Shown: positions 1 to 10,362 of the stretch, piece after piece
Layout: every line of letters begins with the position of its first letter
How positions within the stretch are numbered: position 1 is the first letter of the stretch
DNA from: Actinomycetota bacterium
GTDB lineage: Bacteria > Actinomycetota > UBA4738 > CALAEC01
Assembly (NCBI GenBank): GCA_036000545.1
Contig: DASYVD010000004.1
Coordinates: forward strand, 1,260 to 65,259
Length of the DNA: 64,000 nucleotides
Direction of reading: 5' to 3'
Translations under genes and position numbers: made by a program
Notes under the pieces: generated by a model
The model's database searches: none
Seen by the model: the letters and a program-made list of their open reading frames with translations, nothing else
Told to the model about the DNA's origin: nothing

Positions 1-1478
1 AGGGTGCCCTTGCCGGCGACGTGCTTGCCCACCTCCGGGTGGCGCGTCTCCATGAACTGGCGGAACTCCCCCTCGAAGCGCTTGCAGTCGGCCACCGGCA
101 CGTCGTCGAGGTGACCGTTGGTCACTGCCCAGATGATCATCACCTGCTGCTCTACGGGTATGGGCTCGTACTGGAGCTGCTTGAGGATCTCCACGACCCG
201 TGCGCCCCGCTCCAACTGCGCCTGCGACGCACGGTCCAGCTCGGACCCGAACTCGGCGAACGCCTCCAGCTCTCGGAACTGGGCCAGATCGAGCCGTAGC
301 CGCCCAGCCACCTGCTTCATCGCCTTGATCTGCGCGTTCCCGCCCACGCGCGACACGGAGATGCCGACGTTGATGGCGGGGCGCACACCGGCGTTGAAGA
401 GGTCCTTCTCCAGGTAGATCTGTCCGTCGGTGATGGAGATGACGTTCGTGGGGATGTAGCCGGAGACGTCACCCCCCTTCGTCTCGACGATCGGCAGGCC
501 GGTGAGCGAGCCGCCTCCCAGTTCGTCGGAGAGCTTGGCGCAGCGCTCCAGGAGGCGGGAGTGCAGATAGAACACATCGCCGGGAAACGCTTCCCGGCCT
601 GGGGGCCGGCGAAGGAGCTGCGAGACCTGCCGATAGGCCTCGGCCTGCTTCGACAGGTCGTCGAAGACCACCAGGGCATGCTGCCCCTTGTACATCCAGT
701 ACTGGCCGATGGCGGACCCGGCGTACGGAGCGACGTATTTGAACGGTGCGGGGAACGAGGCCGGGGCGTTCACGACCACCGTGTACTCCAGAGCGCCGTG
801 CTCCTCGAGGGCTCCGACCACCTCGGCCACGGTGGAGGCCTTCTGTCCGACGGCCACGTAGACGCACTTCACCTGCTTCTTCGGGTCACCCGAAGCCCAG
901 TTCTCCCGCTGGTTGATGATCGTGTCCACCGCGATGGCCGTCCGCCCGGTCTGCCGGTCTCCGATGATGAGCTCGCGCTGTCCCCGGCCGATCGGAGTCA
1001 TGGCGTCGATGGCCTTGAGCCCGGTCTGGAGGGGCTCCTTCACCGGCTGCCGGTCGATCACCGATGGCGCCTGGAGCTCCAGAGCTCGCTCCTCTCTCGC
1101 CCGGACAGGGCCCTTGCCGTCGAGGGGACGTCCCAGTGGATCCACCACCCGGCCGAGCAGCCTGTCCCCCACTGGGACGGAGAGGATCCGGCCCGTTCGT
1201 TTGACTGGGTCGCCCTCCTCGATCTTCTCCGGCTCCTCGGTCAGGAGCACAACACCGATCTGGTTCTCCTCCAGGTTGAAGGCCAGACCGGTGATACCGC
1301 CCGGGAACTCGAGCAGCTCATTGGCCATGCAGCCGGGGAGACCGGACACGCGGGCGATCCCGTCCCCCGTCTCCAGGACCCGGCCGATCTCCTCCCGCTC
1401 TACTTCGGGCTTGAACGACTCGACGTGCTTCTTGAGTGCCGCCGCGATCTCCGCCGCGTTGATCGTCAGCTCTGCCAC
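1..1478 (-). CDS. atpA: F0F1 ATP synthase subunit alpha (N-terminal about 492 aa; C-terminus beyond window edge)
   Basis: The minus-strand reading from a GTG at 1478 gives [61 protein letters not shown], with a GGAGGAG RBS 8 nt upstream. The frame stays open to position 1 and is absent from the ORF track only because it runs off the edge. Confidence 0.9.
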   Translation of the reverse strand, partial: MAELTINAAEIAAALKKHVESFKPEVEREEIGRVLETGDGIARVSGLPGCMANELLEFPGGITGLAFNLEENQIGVVLLTEEPEKIEEGDPVKRTGRILSVPVGDRLLGRVVDPLGRPLDGKGPVRAREERALELQAPSVIDRQPVKEPLQTGLKAIDAMTPIGRGQRELIIGDRQTGRTAIAVDTIINQRENWASGDPKKQVKCVYVAVGQKASTVAEVVGALEEHGALEYTVVVNAPASFPAPFKYVAPYAGSAIGQYWMYKGQHALVVFDDLSKQAEAYRQVSQLLRRPPGREAFPGDVFYLHSRLLERCAKLSDELGGGSLTGLPIVETKGGDVSGYIPTNVISITDGQIYLEKDLFNAGVRPAINVGISVSRVGGNAQIKAMKQVAGRLRLDLAQFRELEAFAEFGSELDRASQAQLERGARVVEILKQLQYEPIPVEQQVMIIWAVTNGHLDDVPVADCKRFEGEFRQFMETRHPEVGKHVAGKGT

Positions 1479-1494
1479 CTGTCCGCTCCTCCGC

Positions 1495-2040
1495 TTACAC
1501 CCCGCTCATACGCACCCGGGCCAGCTCGAGGCGCCGTCGCACTGACCCATCGAACACCTGGTCGCCGACCCGGGCGACGACTCCACCGATGACCGACTCA
1601 GGATCCACGATGACCTTCAATTCGACCTGCTTCCCGGTCGCCCCGGAGAGAGCCTCGGCGAGCCGCTTGCGTTGCTGGCCGGAGAGCGGGACCGCCGTCC
1701 GAACCTCTGCCACGGCCCGCTGCCGGCGCTCCGCGGCCAGCCGCACCAGCTCGTCCACGATGGCGCCGAGGTCCCGGGCCCTTCCCTGCTCCACCACGAA
1801 GGCCAGAAGGTTCACCGTGTGGGGGTTGGCCTTCTTCCCCAGCACGTCGCTCAGGACCCTCCGTTTCCGCTCGGCCGGAAGAGCGATGTCCGTCAGTGCG
1901 TTGCGCAACCGAGTCTGCCTCTCCAGGGCCCGGGCGAACCGGAAGAGCTCATCGCCCACATCGTCGAGAACGCCTTCGGCCTCCGCGACGGAGAACAAAG
2001 CCTGGGCGTAGCCCGCGATCAGGTCCTCGCGCCTGGCCAT
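1495..2040 (-). CDS. atpH: F0F1 ATP synthase subunit delta (OSCP)
   Basis: The ORF 1495..2232 is trimmed to the internal start [23 protein letters not shown], which gives an OSCP-like 181-aa protein. Its position between atpF and atpA supports the call. Confidence 0.8.
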   Translation of the reverse strand: MARREDLIAGYAQALFSVAEAEGVLDDVGDELFRFARALERQTRLRNALTDIALPAERKRRVLSDVLGKKANPHTVNLLAFVVEQGRARDLGAIVDELVRLAAERRQRAVAEVRTAVPLSGQQRKRLAEALSGATGKQVELKVIVDPESVIGGVVARVGDQVFDGSVRRRLELARVRMSGV

Positions 2041-2044
2041 CGCT

Positions 2045-2788
2045 CTAGGTCTTCTTCCTGCTCGCCGCGCGCTTCCCCGCGGTGCCTTTCGCGGAGGACG
2101 ATTTCCTCGTAGCGGCTTTGCCGGAGGTGCTCTTGCTTCCTGATGCAGCCTTGCTCGTCGAACGCTTGGACGTGGATTTGCGCCGGCCGCCGTTGCCTTC
2201 CTCGCCTCGGCGCTCACCTCCGGCCTGTCCATTCCCCGATCTGATCAACTCCTCGATGTACTCGTCGACGAGTTTGGCCTGCCGCCGCGCGTCGAGAGAC
2301 TGCCCGATGACCCTCGAGGCCACCTCGATGGACAGCTCGCCCACCTGCCCGCGAAGCTCCTCGAACGTTCGGTCCCGCTCGGCCCGGATCTCCTGCTGGG
2401 CCCGGGCCACGACTTGCCGGGCCTCGTCCTCGGCCTTCGTCAGCATGTCCTTGCGCACGGACTCCGCGGTCTTCCGGGCCTCCTCGATGATCCGGCTGGA
2501 TTCGCCCCGAGCCTCCTTCAACCGTTCCTCGTACCGGGAAAGAAGCTGCTCGGCCTCCCGCCGGGTTTGTTCCGCTTTCTCCAGCTCGCCCTGGATCCTG
2601 GCTCGCCGCTCCTCGAGCAGCCGGTTCACTCGGGGCAACACCCACTTCCACATGAAGAAGAACAGGATGAGGAAGGCGACCGCTCCAACGATCAACTCCT
2701 CCAAGTGGGGATAGAGGTCCTCGGGTTGGTTCTCTTCGACGACCTCTTCTTGAGCCAGAAGCAGGATCGTTGCGATGAACGTGCGCAC
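2045..2788 (-). CDS. atpF: F0F1 ATP synthase subunit b, with an unusual about 60-aa Lys/Ser/Thr-rich basic C-terminal tail
   Basis: It has an N-terminal TM helix and a coiled-coil b-subunit body. The C-terminus reads RKSTSKRSTSKAASGSKSTSGKAATRKSSSAKGTAGKRAASRKKT. It sits in operon position between atpE and atpH. Confidence 0.85.
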   Translation of the reverse strand: MRTFIATILLLAQEEVVEENQPEDLYPHLEELIVGAVAFLILFFFMWKWVLPRVNRLLEERRARIQGELEKAEQTRREAEQLLSRYEERLKEARGESSRIIEEARKTAESVRKDMLTKAEDEARQVVARAQQEIRAERDRTFEELRGQVGELSIEVASRVIGQSLDARRQAKLVDEYIEELIRSGNGQAGGERRGEEGNGGRRKSTSKRSTSKAASGSKSTSGKAATRKSSSAKGTAGKRAASRKKT

Positions 2789-2801
2789 GGTCCCGTTGAC
2801 C

Positions 2802-3854
<1,053 letters not shown>

Positions 3855-3858
<4 letters not shown>

Positions 3859-4283
3859 CGTCGAGCCGGCTCCCTGGTCGAGAAGTCCCAGAGTTCGACT
3901 TGCATCCGTCCCTGTAGCTGCCGCATCTCGAACGCGAGTAGCAGGACCGTCGCCGGGACCACTGCCAGGACGAATGCGAGTGCCGAGAAAAACGCGACGC
4001 GGTCGAGCGCGAACATGATCGCCACGATCGCCGCCAGCCGCAGGATGAATCCTCCCAGCGCCACCGCGTAGAGGACCGTCAACGAGATCCGAGCAGCCCA
4101 GGCAAGGGACCGGCCGTGGACCACGAAGTTCAGGAGAACCACCACGAGCCCGATCGCGGCCGACAGCCCTGCCTCCCGGCTGCTTACAACAGCGCCAGCG
4201 AGGAACGCGAGGAGAACGGCCGGGGGTCCGAAGGGCAAGACCCGACGGATCATCTCGCGTTCGGGCTCAATGCTGTCCATCAT
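3855..4283 (-). CDS. atpI: ATP synthase protein I (AtpI-like small membrane protein)
   Basis: This 142-aa hydrophobic protein lies immediately upstream of atpB with a 4-nt overlap, which is the typical atpI position. Confidence 0.6.
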
Positions 4284-4494
4284 CCCCCTTGCCGTACCGC
4301 AGATACACGAGGTAGATACCTCCGGCCGCTCCCAAGACTATCCCCAGCGTGAAGAAGGGCCCGCGAAGGCCGAGCAGCCAATCAGCCAGGTACCCGAGAC
4401 CGCCCCAGACCGCGATGCCGGCCGCGAGGGTACCAGTGATGGCCCAGGCCGCACTGTAGCCCTCCCAGATATTGCCGGGTGGTCGGCTCATGGC
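4267..4494 (-). CDS. AtpZ/AtpI-family putative F0F1-ATPase-associated membrane protein
   Basis: It is a small two-TM protein (MSRPPGNIWEGYSAAWAITGTLAAGIAVWGGLGYLADWLL...). The start was trimmed to M13 of the ORF 4267..4530. It occupies the conserved position upstream of atpI. Confidence 0.5.
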   Translation of the reverse strand, partial: AMSRPPGNIWEGYSAAWAITGTLAAGIAVWGGLGYLADWLLGLRGPFFTLGIVLGAAGGIYLVYLRYGKGDDGQH

Positions 4495-4591
4495 CCGACC
4501 GAGTATATCGGCCGCCTCTGGCTCGTGCAAAAGCCCGGGGTCTTCATTTTCGCTGGTAGAAGGCCGGATTCGGTCCGCAGCACCCTCACCT

Positions 4592-4607
4592 TGTGAACGG
4601 TTTCACA
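4592..4607. promoter_or_regulatory. Perfect CRP/FNR-family binding site TGTGA-N6-TCACA in the divergent atpZ/potA intergenic region
   Basis: The sequence is ttGTGAacggttTCACAa, a perfect 5+6+5 palindrome, lying about 100 nt upstream of the potA start. Confidence 0.45.
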
Positions 4608-4709
4608 AACTCGGAGCCGTGGTCTTCACCGGCGTGTCCCCGTCGCGGCTCCCCGCCACGGTGTACAAACAGGGAACTCGTTTCGCCCGTCGCGGAGGCA
4701 CCGCCGCGG

Positions 4710-5882
4710 GTGAAGGGACGGGTAGGCTCCACTTGGGGGGAGCGCTTGGCAGAGATCGACGTCCGGCTCATCGAGGTCACGAAACGATTCGGCGACGTCG
4801 TGGCGGTCGACCGGATCTCGCTCGAGATCGACCGGGGAACCTTCTTCAGCCTGCTCGGTCCCTCGGGATGTGGGAAGACCACCACGCTCCGCCTGATCGG
4901 CGGGTTCGAGGAGCCCGACGAGGGGCGCATCGAGCTGGGGGGCCGGAACGTCGCCGGGCTGCCGCCCTATCGCCGCGACGTCAACACGGTGTTCCAGTCC
5001 TACGCTCTCTTCCCCCACCTCGACGTGTTCGAGAACGTGGCCTACGGCCTGCGGCGCAAGCGTGTTCCCCGTGACAGCATCCGCGGGCGGGTTATCGAGA
5101 TCCTGGGGCTGGTGGAGCTCCCCGGCCTGGAGGGGCGCCGGACCTCCCAGCTGTCCGGCGGCCAGCAGCAACGAGTGGCCCTGGCCCGGGCCTTGGTGAA
5201 CAAGCCGCGGGTGCTCCTCCTCGACGAGCCGCTGGGCGCTCTGGACCTGAAGCTCCGCAAGCAGATGCAGCTCTTCCTGAAGGCTCTTCAGCACGAGATC
5301 GGCATCACGTTCATCTACGTGACCCACGACCAGGACGAAGCGATGACCATGTCCGATGGCCTGGCCGTGATGCGGTCGGGACGGGTCGAGCAGGTCGGGG
5401 CGCCGGAGAACGTGTACGAGCATCCGGCGACGGAGTTCGTGGCCGGCTTTCTCGGCGCGTCGAACCTGCTGCCGGGCTCGATCGAAGAGCGGAGAGGGGA
5501 GTTCGGGGTGGTGGCACTCACGTCCGGAGAGAAGCTCCGGGTCCCGGCGCGGGCCCTGAACGGGACCGGGCCTCGGGTGAAGGTGGGCGTGCGCCCGGAG
5601 AAGATCCGGATCCTCCCGGGCTCCGAACCACCCGAGGAAGCGGACAATGCGGTGCGCGGACGGCTTCGGATCTCCACCTACGTCGGGGTCAGCAATCAGT
5701 ACGAGGTGGAGACCCCGGCCGGGGGGACCATCACCGTGTACGAACAGAACCTGGGTGGGCCGGGGAAGTGGGCGCCATCGCCGGGAGAGGACGTGCTCCT
5801 TGCCTGGCACCCGGAGCATACATTCGTCGTCGAGCCCGAGGACGGCGGGGAGACGGATCCGAAAGGAGGCAACGGTGGGTGA
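4710..5882 (+). CDS. potA: Spermidine/putrescine ABC transporter ATP-binding protein
   Basis: It carries Walker A GPSGCGKTT, the LSGGQQQRVALARAL signature, Walker B LLLDEPLGALD and a C-terminal TOBE-like domain. The GTG start has a GGAGG RBS 12 nt upstream. Confidence 0.85.
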   Translation: MKGRVGSTWGERLAEIDVRLIEVTKRFGDVVAVDRISLEIDRGTFFSLLGPSGCGKTTTLRLIGGFEEPDEGRIELGGRNVAGLPPYRRDVNTVFQSYALFPHLDVFENVAYGLRRKRVPRDSIRGRVIEILGLVELPGLEGRRTSQLSGGQQQRVALARALVNKPRVLLLDEPLGALDLKLRKQMQLFLKALQHEIGITFIYVTHDQDEAMTMSDGLAVMRSGRVEQVGAPENVYEHPATEFVAGFLGASNLLPGSIEERRGEFGVVALTSGEKLRVPARALNGTGPRVKVGVRPEKIRILPGSEPPEEADNAVRGRLRISTYVGVSNQYEVETPAGGTITVYEQNLGGPGKWAPSPGEDVLLAWHPEHTFVVEPEDGGETDPKGGNGG

Positions 5883-5886
5883 CGAG

Positions 5887-7104
5887 ATGATCAGGAGGTT
5901 CGGAGGAACCCCGAGACGCCTGTCGCGGCGCGAGGCCCTCGTTCAGATGGGTCGGGGCAGCACCTATCTGGGAGTGATGTCTCTCCTGGCCGCGTGCGGT
6001 GTCCGCGGGACGCAGACCCAGCCCTCCCCCACCGCGGCCAGCCCTTCGCCGCTCCCCGAAAAGGCCGGCGAGCTCCGTGTGGCGAACTGGCCGCTGTACA
6101 TCGATCTGGAGGGCGGCAAGAGCCCGACGCTGAACGCCTTCAAGAAGCAGACGGACATCGACATCACCTACAAGGAAGACATCAACGACAACGACGAGTT
6201 CTTCGGGACCGACCTCCGGCAGCAACTTGCCGCCGGGCAGCCGACGGGTTGGGACATCGTCACCATGACGGACTGGATGATCGCCAAGCTCGCCCGCCTC
6301 GGATGGATTCAGCCGCTCCACCACGAGGTGCTTCCCAACGCCACGGCCAACCTGGACCCGAAGTTCCAGGATGCGTATTTCGATCCCGGCCGGCAGTACA
6401 GCTTCCCCTGGGCCGCAGGCATCACGGGGATCGGCTACAACAAGAAGCTCACCGGTCGCCCCATCACGAGCCTCAACGACCTCTTCGACCCGGCGTTCAA
6501 GGGCAAGGTGGGGATGTTCTCGGAGATGAGGGACACGATCAACTTCGCCCTCTTCCAGCTGGGCATCAAGCCGCCGGAGAACGCCACGATGGACGACATC
6601 GAACGGGCGGTCGACCTGCTGATCAAGCAGCGGGACGACGGGATCGTCCGCGCGTACTACGGGAACGACTACACCGACCAGCTCGCCGAGGGGAATCTCG
6701 CCCTCACGATGGCGTGGTCCGGCGACGTCAACTTCCTGAAGCTCGACGTCCCGGAACTGGAGTTCGTGGTTCCCGAAGAGGGCGGCAACCGTTGGACGGA
6801 CAACATGGCCATCCCGATCCAGGCGGAGCATCCCACGGATGCCCACGAGTGGATCGACTTCGTGTACCAGCCCGACATCGCCACCCGCATCACGGAATGG
6901 GTGTGGTACGAGTCACCGGTGGCGGGGGTGCAGGAGCTGATCCAGGAGCACGCCAAGGAGGATCGCTCGCTCAGGCCCGTAGCGAACAGCGAGCTCGTGT
7001 GGCCCTCTGAGGACGTCCTGGCGAACACCTACGGGTACAAGATCCTCTCCGAGGAAGAGGAACAGGCCTGGCACGACCTGTTCGACCCGCTGATCCAGGG
7101 GTAG
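5887..7104 (+). CDS. potD: Spermidine/putrescine ABC transporter substrate-binding lipoprotein (Tat-type signal plus lipobox)
   Basis: It belongs to the PotD/PotF family. The N-terminus MIRRFGGTPRRLSRREALVQMG...LLAACG has a twin-arginine-like motif and a lipobox. The ATG lies 5 nt after the potA stop. Confidence 0.85.
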   Translation: MIRRFGGTPRRLSRREALVQMGRGSTYLGVMSLLAACGVRGTQTQPSPTAASPSPLPEKAGELRVANWPLYIDLEGGKSPTLNAFKKQTDIDITYKEDINDNDEFFGTDLRQQLAAGQPTGWDIVTMTDWMIAKLARLGWIQPLHHEVLPNATANLDPKFQDAYFDPGRQYSFPWAAGITGIGYNKKLTGRPITSLNDLFDPAFKGKVGMFSEMRDTINFALFQLGIKPPENATMDDIERAVDLLIKQRDDGIVRAYYGNDYTDQLAEGNLALTMAWSGDVNFLKLDVPELEFVVPEEGGNRWTDNMAIPIQAEHPTDAHEWIDFVYQPDIATRITEWVWYESPVAGVQELIQEHAKEDRSLRPVANSELVWPSEDVLANTYGYKILSEEEEQAWHDLFDPLIQG

Positions 7105-7106
7105 AC

Positions 7107-7982
7107 GTGGCCGTCGCCGCCGAGCGCCCGGGCTTCGGGCTCCGCCGGGGACTGGTCGCCTACCTGCTCCTGGTTCCCGGGATCGCCTGGCTGCTGGTCT
7201 TCTACGCGTGGCCCACGATCCAGATGTTCTTCATCTCGCTGCAGGAGGGATCGCTCGAGCGTGGCTACCAGCTCACCTGGCACTGGGCGACATACGGAGA
7301 CGTGTTCTCCAAATACTCAACCCAGCTCATCAGATCGGTGGGGTACGGCCTGATCGTGACGGTGGCCTGCCTGCTGATCAGCTACCCGCTGGCGTACTTC
7401 ATCGCCATCTACGGGGGCCGATGGAAGAACGCTCTGCTCTTCATGGTGATCCTGCCGTTCTTCGTCTCGTTCCTGATCCGGACCCTGTCGTGGAAGTTCA
7501 TCCTGGCCGACAACGGGCTGTTCCTCGGAACGATCAAGCAGATCGGACTGCTGCCGGACGACTTCCGCTTGCTCGCAACCCCGATCGCGGTGATCTCCGG
7601 CCTCATCTACAACTTCCTCCCCTTCATGGCCTTGCCCCTGTACGCATCGTTGGAGAAGCTCGACCGAAGCCTCCTCGAGGCGGCCCAGGACCTCTACTCC
7701 AGCCGGGCGGTGGCGTTCCTCAAGGTGACCCTGCCGCTGTCCCTGCCCGGCGTGTTCGCCGGTTCGCTCCTCACCTTCATCCCCGCCATGGGGGACTTCA
7801 TCAACCCGGCCCTGCTCGGCGGCCCCAACACCACGCTGATCGCGAACGTGATCCAGCGCCGCATGCTGATCAGCAACGATTACCCAGAGGGCGCAGCGAT
7901 CTCATTCATCCTCATGGCCGCGATCCTGGTGGGCGTGGCCGTATACGCGAAGCTCCTAGGAACCGAGGAGCTTACCGGGTGA
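7107..7982 (+). CDS. potB: Spermidine/putrescine ABC transporter permease
   Basis: It is a 6-TM ABC permease with the EAA-like loop LEAAQDLYSSRAVAFLKVTLPL. Confidence 0.85.
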   Translation: MAVAAERPGFGLRRGLVAYLLLVPGIAWLLVFYAWPTIQMFFISLQEGSLERGYQLTWHWATYGDVFSKYSTQLIRSVGYGLIVTVACLLISYPLAYFIAIYGGRWKNALLFMVILPFFVSFLIRTLSWKFILADNGLFLGTIKQIGLLPDDFRLLATPIAVISGLIYNFLPFMALPLYASLEKLDRSLLEAAQDLYSSRAVAFLKVTLPLSLPGVFAGSLLTFIPAMGDFINPALLGGPNTTLIANVIQRRMLISNDYPEGAAISFILMAAILVGVAVYAKLLGTEELTG

Positions 7983-8854
7983 GCACGCGGGCTGGCGAGG
8001 TCGTGGGAGAGCGCCAGCTCTTGCGGGAGCCTCCCCCCGGACGGCGGCGCTCGAAGGGCCGCGGTTGGATCCTTCCCCTGTACACGGGACTGGTGATCGC
8101 CTACCTGTTCCTTCCCATCGCGGTGATGATCCTGTTCGGGTTCAACGACTTGAAGGGCCGGTTCAACTTCACCTGGCAGGGATTCACGCTCCGCCACTAT
8201 CGCGACGTGCTTCAGTTCCAAGAGCTCACCCTGGCCCTGCGGAATTCGTTGCTCATCGCAGCCGTCACCACGCTAGTGGCCACCGTCTTGGGGACGCTCG
8301 TGGCCCTGGCGCTCACTCGCTACCGTTTTCGAGGCCGGGGCGGCACGAACATGTTCATCTTCCTGCCCATGGCCACCCCGGAGGTGGTCCTGGGGGCCTC
8401 CCTCCTGGCTTTCTTCCTCACCCTGGGCCTCCCCCGCGGCCTGCTCACGATCCTGATCGCCCACATCATGTTCACGATCTCGTTCGTGGTGGTGACGGTG
8501 AAGGCCCGGACGCACGGGTTCAACCGGGAGTGGGAGGAGGCCGCCAAAGACCTCGGGGCCACCCCCTGGGTCACCTTCTGGACGGTCACCTTCCCGCTGA
8601 TCTTCCCGGGGATCATGGCCGCCGCCGCCCTGGCCGCGGCCCTCTCCATCGACGATTACGTGGTGACCGCCTTCAACGCCGGCCAGACCTCAACGTTCCC
8701 CCTGTGGGTGTTCGGTGCCTCCCGCTTCGGGGTGCCCCCGCAGGTCAACGTGATGGGCACCATCATTTTCGTCGCGGGCGTGGCCCTGGCCCTGGCAACC
8801 GTGGCCATCCAGCGGCGTCAAGGAGGAGCCGCGCAGCCGCCCGCGGTGTCCTGA
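7979..8854 (+). CDS. potC: Spermidine/putrescine ABC transporter permease
   Basis: The GTG start overlaps the potB stop (GTGA). The permease body reads ...EEAAKDLGATPWVTFWTVTFPLIFPG. The longer ORF 7208..8854 has a wrong-frame-like, P/R-rich N-terminus. Confidence 0.85.
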   Translation: MSTRAGEVVGERQLLREPPPGRRRSKGRGWILPLYTGLVIAYLFLPIAVMILFGFNDLKGRFNFTWQGFTLRHYRDVLQFQELTLALRNSLLIAAVTTLVATVLGTLVALALTRYRFRGRGGTNMFIFLPMATPEVVLGASLLAFFLTLGLPRGLLTILIAHIMFTISFVVVTVKARTHGFNREWEEAAKDLGATPWVTFWTVTFPLIFPGIMAAAALAAALSIDDYVVTAFNAGQTSTFPLWVFGASRFGVPPQVNVMGTIIFVAGVALALATVAIQRRQGGAAQPPAVS

Positions 8855-8881
8855 GCAACCTCGGGACCTGTCCGAACCGCG

Positions 8882-8903
8882 CGGGACTCGCGTCCCTTTT
8901 GTA
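8882..8903 (+). terminator. Rho-independent terminator after the pot operon
   Basis: The sequence GCGGGACTCGCGTCCC forms a GC hairpin followed by TTTTGT, about 30 nt after the potC stop. Confidence 0.55.
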
Positions 8904-8990
8904 CAGCTTGGCCCCGGCGCGATCGCCGAGGGTTGTTACCCTGGGACGGCCCCACGTGGGGACGGGCCGATCCAGGAGGGATAGGGGAGG

Positions 8991-10346
8991 ATGGACGATC
9001 GTCTTATCGTCCGCGCCGGAGAGGTCCAGCGACGGGAGATGGCCCGTTTCGGGGAGCGCACCACGGCTTCGAAGCGGCTGTACGACCGGGCCATAGCCCT
9101 CCTGCCTCTCGGGGTGGCGTCCTCGTTCCAAGCGAACGACCCATACCCCATCTACCTCGACCGGGGCCGGGGCAGCCGCGTTTGGGACGTCGACGGAAAC
9201 GAATACGTCGACTTCCACAACGGGTTCGGCACGATGGCCGTGGGCCACGCTCACCCAAAGGTCGCTCAAGCCATCGAGCGCGCCGCACGGAACGGCACCC
9301 ACTTCGCCGCCACCACCGAGGTAACGGTGGCATTGGCTGAGGAACTCTGCCGGCGATTCCGCCTCGACCGGGTCCGATTCAACAACTCGGGGACCGAGTC
9401 CACTATGGACGCCATCCGCACGGCCAGGGCTGCCACGGGCCGGGACGTGATCGTCAAGATCGAGGGCTCGTATCACGGACACCACGATGCCGTGATGTTC
9501 TCCGTGGTCCCGGGTGCGGGCGTGATGGGAGGGCGTGATCAGCCGGCCTCGGCTCCGATGTCGCTCGGGATCCCTGCAGACACCGCGGAGCGGACACTGG
9601 TGGTGCCGTTCAATGACGCGCCCGCGTTCGAGCGCATCCTCGCTCAGCGGGGCGAAGACATCGCCTGCCTGATCATGGAGCCGGTGATGATGAACATCGG
9701 CATCGTGCTCCCCCACCCTGGATACCTCGAGACCGTCCGCGACCTGTGCACGAAGCACGGAGTGGTTCTGATCTTCGACGAGGTGAAGTCGGGGGCCACC
9801 ATCGCGGAGGGCGGGGCCACGGAGCGCTTCGGCGTTCGGCCCGACCTAGCGTGCTTCGCCAAGGCGATCGGGGGCGGCGCTCCCCTGGGGGCGTTCGGCG
9901 GGACGGCCGCCGTGATGGAGATCATCGGGCGGGGCGCCGCCCAGCAAGGGACGTTCAACGGGAACCCCCTGGCCGCCTCAGCCGGGCTCGCCGCGTTGAC
10001 GGAGGTCCTGACAAAGGACGCCTACGAGCACCTGGCGCGGCTGGGAACGCAGCTCGCCGAGGGATGCCAGAAAGCCATCGCCGACCACGGGATCCCCGCC
10101 CACACCGTGGACCTCGGGTGCAAGGGATGCGTCTCGTACCGGTCGGAGCCGCTGACGAACTATCGGGATTTCCTGGAGACTCACACCGAGCTGTTCGAGG
10201 CCTCGTGGCCGTGGATGGTGAACCGGGAAGTGTTCATGACCCCGGGCGACGAGGAGCAATGGACGATCTCGGTCCAGCACTCCGAAGACGACATCGCTCG
10301 ATACGTCGACGCGTTCGGGGAGTTCTGTACCGAGCTGGCGGGCTGA
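8991..10346 (+). CDS. Class-III (glutamate-1-semialdehyde aminomutase-like) PLP-dependent aminotransferase; possibly polyamine/omega-amine catabolism
   Basis: It is 451 aa with a GSA-AT-like N-terminus VWDVDGNEYVDFHNGFGTMAVGHAHP, and FDEVKSG, the position where class-III enzymes carry the PLP lysine. It is adjacent to the pot importer. Confidence 0.8.
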   Translation: MDDRLIVRAGEVQRREMARFGERTTASKRLYDRAIALLPLGVASSFQANDPYPIYLDRGRGSRVWDVDGNEYVDFHNGFGTMAVGHAHPKVAQAIERAARNGTHFAATTEVTVALAEELCRRFRLDRVRFNNSGTESTMDAIRTARAATGRDVIVKIEGSYHGHHDAVMFSVVPGAGVMGGRDQPASAPMSLGIPADTAERTLVVPFNDAPAFERILAQRGEDIACLIMEPVMMNIGIVLPHPGYLETVRDLCTKHGVVLIFDEVKSGATIAEGGATERFGVRPDLACFAKAIGGGAPLGAFGGTAAVMEIIGRGAAQQGTFNGNPLAASAGLAALTEVLTKDAYEHLARLGTQLAEGCQKAIADHGIPAHTVDLGCKGCVSYRSEPLTNYRDFLETHTELFEASWPWMVNREVFMTPGDEEQWTISVQHSEDDIARYVDAFGEFCTELAG

Positions 10347-10362
10347 GGAAGAGAACGAAGAC

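Noticed and set aside
4626-6846. Long minus-strand ORFs (397 aa and 371 aa) across potA/potD
   Set aside because: They are antisense shadow ORFs of clearly homologous ABC transporter genes.
7208-7978. N-terminal 257 codons of track ORF 7208..8854
   Set aside because: They are an out-of-frame overlap with potB. The real potC starts at the GTG at 7979, coupled to the potB stop.
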